From NCBI GenBank assembly GCA_001774685.1, contig MFAS01000001.1, positions 287,557 through 351,556 on the forward strand: DNA of 64,000 nucleotides. Direction: 5' to 3'. Numbering within the stretch: the first letter of the stretch is position 1; each line of letters starts with the position of its first letter. The DNA comes from Candidatus Collierbacteria bacterium RIFOXYD2_FULL_45_13. GTDB taxonomy: Bacteria; Patescibacteriota; Microgenomatia; UBA1400; MFAQ01. The notes beneath the pieces are model-generated. The model did not search any database. It was not told where the DNA came from and saw only the letters and a program-made list of their open reading frames with translations. This document shows, piece by piece, positions 59,034 through 64,000 of this stretch. Made by a program: the position numbers and the translations under genes.

Positions 59034-60178
59034 TGCCGTCCGTTTTCATCAATACTTTCGGTTGCCAAGCCAACAAGTCAGACTCCGAGCGTATACTTGG
59101 GGATTATCTTTCACGAGGCTATACTGAAGTTTCAAACTGGAGATCTGCCGATGAAATAGTGATCAATACCTGCTCTGTCCGCCAGTCGGCCGAAGACCGG
59201 GTTACCGGATTTCTTCTCAATGTAGACAAGTTTTTCGCAGGGAAGCAGAGGCCTAAGATTATCTTGACCGGTTGCATGCTCCATTTCAATGAAAAAGAAA
59301 TAAGGACCCTTCTGCCCCAGATCGATGAGATCCTTCCTATTGGTGAAGTCGGTTTCAATCAGAAAGCTATCAGAAAGGAAAAGAACAAGGCTTTTATTCC
59401 CATTTCCTCAGGCTGTAACTCTTTTTGCACTTTTTGTATTGTGCCATTTTCCAGAGGACGGGAACGTTCTCGCCCCATTGATGACATTGTTCGGGAAGTT
59501 GAAGGATTGGCCGGAGAAGGCTATACCGAAATCACCCTATTGGGTCAAAACGTAAACTCTTGGGGCTTGGAAAAAGTCGGCGTGGCCCTCAGGAAGATGT
59601 TTATGGATAAAGATACATTCACCACCGATATTATTCCGTCAAACCAATCTCAGTACTTCAAGCCGCAAGACACCCCACCGTTTGTGACTTTACTTAGGGA
59701 AATCAGCAAAATCGACGGCATCAAAAAAATCAGCTTTTTTACCAGTAACCCCTGGGACTTCTGGGACGAGCTGGTCGACGAGATAGCTGTCAACCTCAAA
59801 ATTGACCGTTTTATTCACCTGCCGGTTCAGTCCGGTAGTAATCGTATATTAAAACTCATGAACAGAGGTTACACCCGTGAGTCATATCTTACTTTGATTA
59901 ATCAAATTAAAGATAAAATCCATGACGTTGTCTTTGGCACTGATATTATAGTGGGCTTTCCGGGAGAGACAGACGAAGATTTTCAAGACACCTTGAATCT
60001 GGTAAAAGAAGTTGGTTTCAAGGTTGCCTTCGTAGCCCGGTACTCACCACGGCCGGGAACCGCCTCCGCAAGACTCTACCCTGATGATATTCCGGCTAAA
60101 ATCAAGAAAGAACGCTGGGAAATTTTGGATCAAATTGCCAACAAAGACAATCTCCGATCCCGACCCATCGTCCCATAG
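59033..60178 (+). CDS. miaB: MiaB-like radical SAM methylthiotransferase, no TRAM domain
   Basis: TFGCQAN..DSE, NTCSVR, CNSFCTFC, LPVQSGS, IVGFPGET; adjacent to miaA. Confidence 0.9.
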   Translation: MPSVFINTFGCQANKSDSERILGDYLSRGYTEVSNWRSADEIVINTCSVRQSAEDRVTGFLLNVDKFFAGKQRPKIILTGCMLHFNEKEIRTLLPQIDEILPIGEVGFNQKAIRKEKNKAFIPISSGCNSFCTFCIVPFSRGRERSRPIDDIVREVEGLAGEGYTEITLLGQNVNSWGLEKVGVALRKMFMDKDTFTTDIIPSNQSQYFKPQDTPPFVTLLREISKIDGIKKISFFTSNPWDFWDELVDEIAVNLKIDRFIHLPVQSGSNRILKLMNRGYTRESYLTLINQIKDKIHDVVFGTDIIVGFPGETDEDFQDTLNLVKEVGFKVAFVARYSPRPGTASARLYPDDIPAKIKKERWEILDQIANKDNLRSRPIVP

Positions 60179-60184
60179 TTCACC

Positions 60185-60270
60185 CGTCATTACGAATCTC
60201 CTGCCCGCAGATGCTAGAGCATCTGCTCTTGCAGGCGGGCGTACTCGAGCTGTGGCAATCTCACTCCATC
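60185..60270 (+). repeat. RPE-like palindromic element (intergenic) with nested palindrome
   Basis: CGTCATTACGA...TGGCAATCTCACTCCATC. Confidence 0.75.
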
Positions 60271-60293
60271 CATAATATAAAATTACGATACGA

Positions 60294-61316
60294 ATGAATA
60301 ATGTTTTAGTCATCTGCGGTCCCACCACCTCCGGTAAAACCTCCCTAGCTCTCTCCATCGCAAAGCAAATAATCTCGAACCAGTCATTGCGAGGAGCGAA
60401 GCGACGTGGCCCGCTGGTACCCGAAGGGGTAAATCTCACTCCACCAGGATCAGTCAACCTCCTCTCCGCCGACTCCCGACAGATATACAAGGGTCTGGAC
60501 ATTGTTACAGGCAAAGATATTCCTACAGATCTCCCTCCAAACATTTGTTTTTTTGGTTTGGATTTGGTCGAGCCCAACCAAAGCTTTAATCTCGCTGACT
60601 ACTTGGATTATTCCAAAAAAATAATTCAAAGCTCGATAAAAAGCCATACTCCGCTGATTATTGTGGGCGGTACTGGTTTATACCTGAAAGCCATTACTAC
60701 TGATTTGCTGACTGTCAGAGTTCCTCCAAATAGATTACTTCGTCTGGATCTCGAGAAACTTGATTTACCGGCTCTTCAGTCTCGTCTATCAATATTAAAT
60801 CCTCAAAAATTCTCCTCCCTGAATAATTCTGATCTCAATAATCCCAGACGTCTCATCCGCGCCATCGAAATCTCAACCTACGACAATTCACAATCTGCCG
60901 CTTTCTCTTCCTCCAACGTCATTGCGAGTTTCGGTACTCCGAACCGCGGCAATCTCACTCCATCAAACTTTCTTTGGGTTGGCCTTAAAGTCGATAAAGA
61001 AATTCAGAAATCCCGGATCAATCATAGAGTCATTGATAGATTAGAAAACGGAGCGGTGGAAGAAGTAAAAAACTTAATTGCAAAATACCCCGACCTCCAC
61101 TTGCCAATCTACACCAGTCTAGGCGTCAAACAGATTCTTCAATTCCTGCACCAAGAAATCCCTCGAGAAACGCTGGTAGACCTATGGGCGGCTTCCGAAG
61201 TAGATTATGCTCGTCGGCAAACGGTCTGGTTTAAAAAACAACCCGGCATAGTTTGGTATGATAAAAGTACGGTAGACGACCATCTTATCGCTAAGTTAGC
61301 CGAAATATATAAATAA
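60294..61316 (+). CDS. miaA: tRNA dimethylallyltransferase with two repeat-derived peptide insertions
   Basis: GPTTSGKT, SADSRQIYKGLDI.TGK, VGGTGLY, RLIRAIE, YARRQ.VWF. Confidence 0.95.
   Translation: MNNVLVICGPTTSGKTSLALSIAKQIISNQSLRGAKRRGPLVPEGVNLTPPGSVNLLSADSRQIYKGLDIVTGKDIPTDLPPNICFFGLDLVEPNQSFNLADYLDYSKKIIQSSIKSHTPLIIVGGTGLYLKAITTDLLTVRVPPNRLLRLDLEKLDLPALQSRLSILNPQKFSSLNNSDLNNPRRLIRAIEISTYDNSQSAAFSSSNVIASFGTPNRGNLTPSNFLWVGLKVDKEIQKSRINHRVIDRLENGAVEEVKNLIAKYPDLHLPIYTSLGVKQILQFLHQEIPRETLVDLWAASEVDYARRQTVWFKKQPGIVWYDKSTVDDHLIAKLAEIYK
60383..60445 (+). repeat. RPE-like palindromic element in frame within miaA
   Basis: GTCATTGCGAGGAGCGAAGCGACGTGGC[21-nt insert]AATCTCACTCCACC. Confidence 0.8.
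60917..60964 (+). repeat. RPE-like palindromic element in frame within miaA
   Basis: CGTCATTGCGAG-TTTCGGTACTCCGAACCGC-GGCAATCTCACTCCATC. Confidence 0.8.
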
Positions 61317-61317
61317 A

Positions 61318-62313
61318 ATGATCAAAAAGAAACACGTCATCTTTGATTTTTCCATCGGCAGCATTTTTTGGGTCCTGTTTTCTCTCGCCGCCGCGTATAT
61401 TCTTTTGAGGCTTACCAGTGTTATTGCTTTATTGTTTATTGCCATTCTGATTACTTTGGCTGTTTGTCCTATGGTAGACTACCTGGAAAAGTTTAAGGTA
61501 AACAGGGCTCTTTCTTCGATGGTGATTTTACTAGCCACCTTCGGTACCATTATTTTTGCCATAGTTTCTCTCGCGGCTCCTTTGTTGGATCAAACCCAAT
61601 TATTTCTCCAAAAATTACCGGCCATAATTGATACAGTTAGTCCATTTAAAATTGCTGACGGCTCACTCAACGCTCAGTTTGCCACTGTTCCCGGTAAAGT
61701 ACTTACCTTTGCCTTAGACACTTTTTCCGCTTTCATAACCGCCTTTACTGTTATTGTCATCAGCTTTTACATGATCCAGGACCTCCACAATTTGGAGAAG
61801 CATCTCAAATTTTGGTTCGGAGACAAAGGTCACCGCTATTTTGTCATCGCCGAAAAGCTAGAAGTCCAGATTGGTTATTGGGTGAGAGGGGAGTTACTTC
61901 TCATGTTGCTGGTGGGACTTCTGAGTTACATTGGTTATCTCATCATTGGCCTGCCTTTTGCTATCTCTCTGGCCTTCATTGCCGGCATGTTGGAACTCAT
62001 TCCCAACATCGGTCCCACCATAGCCACTGTACCCGCCGTTCTCGTCGGCTTTTCTATCTCAACCGGTCATGGTATCGCCGCCCTTGTTGTTTCACTCATT
62101 GTTCAGCAGCTGGAAAACAATCTTATCGTTCCCAAAATCATGCAACACGTTGCCGGACTCAATCCCATTATTACGATAGTTGCCATCATGATAGGTTTCC
62201 AGCTGGGTGGCCCACTTCTGGCCATCCTGGCTCTACCCACAGTCTTATCCGCACGGGTCATTTTGAGCCATATTCAGCTCAACAAAGACACCACCATTCC
62301 CGAAATCGACTAG
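61318..62313 (+). CDS. AI-2E family transporter
   Basis: LELIPNIGP, QQLENNLIVPKIM, GLNP. Confidence 0.93.
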   Translation: MIKKKHVIFDFSIGSIFWVLFSLAAAYILLRLTSVIALLFIAILITLAVCPMVDYLEKFKVNRALSSMVILLATFGTIIFAIVSLAAPLLDQTQLFLQKLPAIIDTVSPFKIADGSLNAQFATVPGKVLTFALDTFSAFITAFTVIVISFYMIQDLHNLEKHLKFWFGDKGHRYFVIAEKLEVQIGYWVRGELLLMLLVGLLSYIGYLIIGLPFAISLAFIAGMLELIPNIGPTIATVPAVLVGFSISTGHGIAALVVSLIVQQLENNLIVPKIMQHVAGLNPIITIVAIMIGFQLGGPLLAILALPTVLSARVILSHIQLNKDTTIPEID

Positions 62314-62445
62314 CCCAAATCCCAGTCAGCAAAACCTATAATGTTGACATTTGGGGATTACTGTGGTACACTAGCCACAGTTATAGTTCAACTTGAGGCT
62401 AATTAGTCTCAATAACAATCCTGCTCATTAAACTAGGAGGCGCGA

Positions 62446-62769
62446 ATGCCATCAGGAATAGCTTGGCATGTTGAAGATGAGATTAGGCAGATGCTTAAGG
62501 GTAAGCTTCCTCAAGGCTGTGCCCTCGAATTTGAGGAAACCGAAGAATCTCATTCGGTGGGAGTTCTCATGGATGATCATGACGAATTCAACGGACGTCT
62601 GACGATTACTCTTACCGGTGCTGAAACAAGGGTGCTAGCTTCTTTGAAATCATCAAACACGTTCCGAGAGTCTGTTTCTGGTGGTAACTCCTTTGATCGG
62701 AATCAGTACCACTACTCAATCAGAGACATCACAGTTATTCGCTGGTTCGAAAATATCCCCGCTCAATAG
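62446..62769 (+). CDS. hypothetical protein (orphan cassette)
   Basis: TTGACA-17 nt-TACACT promoter, AGGAGG SD, terminator ATCCCCGC/GCGGGGAT-TTT over stop. Confidence 0.7.
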   Translation: MPSGIAWHVEDEIRQMLKGKLPQGCALEFEETEESHSVGVLMDDHDEFNGRLTITLTGAETRVLASLKSSNTFRESVSGGNSFDRNQYHYSIRDITVIRWFENIPAQ

Positions 62770-62857
62770 GCGGGGATTTTAACATAGAGATCTAGTATTT
62801 TGAGCTTAAAAATACAAATAGTCTTATCAATGAGTACATGACGCTATAAAACAGCTA

Positions 62858-63169
62858 ATGATATATTCATATATTATGGAACAGCAAGAAAAAACTTACG
62901 CTGAGCGGATTACTGCAATTTACGAAAAAGTTAAAAACAGCCTCGGTGAAGAAAGGGCTAAATTATTTAATGAAGTAGTTAGAGGTGCCAGCTTATTAGA
63001 TGAAGATAAGAACTTATTAACCCAAATAGATAGTTTAGACATGGGTGGATTAGATATTGAGGTAAGCAAGCTTGAAGAAATTGTGGAAGGCATGAAAAGG
63101 CAGTATGAAGCTAGTAGTATTTACGAAGCCTTTGCGCCGCGAGCCCTTGCGGGCTCCCTAGTACAATAA
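62858..63169 (+). CDS. hypothetical protein, AT-rich; 3' end overlaps rnpB
   Basis: 103-aa ORF (alternative start 62876). Confidence 0.5.
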   Translation: MIYSYIMEQQEKTYAERITAIYEKVKNSLGEERAKLFNEVVRGASLLDEDKNLLTQIDSLDMGGLDIEVSKLEEIVEGMKRQYEASSIYEAFAPRALAGSLVQ

Positions 63170-63459
63170 GCCGGATTCTGTCGTGGAGGAATATCTATCT
63201 ATGCTCGAGACTTTAGGGATAGAAAAGGCACCTTAGTCCCAATTCGTCGATTGCAGCGGGGCGGGTTACCACCCCTATACCGTTACCGGTACAGGGTCTC
63301 CACCTAACGGTGGAACGTTTCACCTTTGATCGTCTCTGTGGCCCTATCGCGCCTCCCGAGTCACCTCGGGAAGGACTGGGTTTCCCCAGCCACCCTTCCT
63401 TTTAGCTGTCCGGACTTTCCTCCCCACCTTGCGGCGGGGCATTCCTCTCGTACTAGGGA
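63155..63459 (-). ncRNA. rnpB: RNase P RNA
   Basis: Minus strand GAGGAAAGTCCGG and ACAGAATCCGGCTTA (P4), P1 TCCCTAGTAC/GTACTAGGGA, TGGTAGAAT promoter. Confidence 0.93.
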
Positions 63460-63556
63460 TAGCCAATTCTACCACAAATTCCCCCAAAAAGCCCCATAGT
63501 GTTGACAAGGGCTTTTTATTTGACTTCCAACCTATATGTTCTTATGATTAGTGTAT

Positions 63557-64000
63557 ATGCAGACAAATGTTCTTCTTTCCTTCCAAAATTCCCTTTCCTT
63601 TGCCGCCAACCAAGTCTTGGTTGGAGTTATTAGTTTTTTGCCTAATATTCTGGGCGCCCTTGTTGTCTTCCTTATCGGTTGGCTCATCGCCGACTGGCTC
63701 AAAACACTCACCACCAAGATTGTTAACGTCACCAGGCTTGGCTCGCTGTTCAAAAACCCCGTTATTACTGATTTCCTCAAAAATGCTCAGGTCTCACAAA
63801 GATTCGAGGACGTGATTGGTGAAATTGTTAAGTGGCTAGTCGTCACCCTGTTCTTTGTGGCCGGTATCAACATCCTTGGTATTACTTCCATCAGCCTGTT
63901 CCTAAACGGTATCATTGCCGGCATTCCCACTCTCATCGCCGCCGTCATTACTCTGGTCATTGGTATCGTAGTTGCCGGGTTCTTGGAAAAAGTCGTCAAG
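63557..64000 (+). CDS. CmpX/MscS-associated TM-helix repeat protein (partial, runs off window)
   Basis: FLPNILGALVVFLIGWLIA and IPTLIAAVITLVIG repeats; not in ORF track. Confidence 0.85.
   Translation, partial: MQTNVLLSFQNSLSFAANQVLVGVISFLPNILGALVVFLIGWLIADWLKTLTTKIVNVTRLGSLFKNPVITDFLKNAQVSQRFEDVIGEIVKWLVVTLFFVAGINILGITSISLFLNGIIAGIPTLIAAVITLVIGIVVAGFLEKVVK

Noticed and set aside
60044-60577. 177-aa minus-strand ORF across miaB/miaA
   Set aside because: Antisense to conserved genes and built partly from the palindromic repeats

Overview
Core-genome window of a Patescibacteria/CPR bacterium, most likely Microgenomates group. This is inferred from the missing rpmD, short alaS/rplC/rplB, SD-less or leaderless housekeeping genes and CPR-type accessory genes. 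Gene order: alaS-sortase-ruvX-mltG, rpoBC, the str/S10/spc/alpha ribosomal superoperon, rnhB, a large alpha-2-macroglobulin (A2M), a MEMO-CapA fusion, tRNA-Pro(GGG), recA-recX-rny-HU-miaB-miaA and RNase P RNA. Main observations: (1) the membrane-anchored A2M carries a 129-aa Hint (intein-like) domain at the bait-region position, followed by Glu (cleavage expected, not splicing), and its CxEQ thioester motif is degenerate, suggesting a self-processing macroglobulin; (2) Rickettsia-palindromic-element-like repeats, two of them in frame inside miaA; (3) a covarying ~100-nt structured element inserted twice at TAT sites in tRNA-Pro-derived sequence; (4) one- or two-gene orphan cassettes with a shared promoter/leader, strong SD and own terminator, several inside the ribosomal superoperon; (5) a 6S-like structured RNA upstream of rny; (6) unusual substitutions in conserved RNA polymerase and S12 motifs. 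All calls come from reading the sequence; no searches or folding programs were run.
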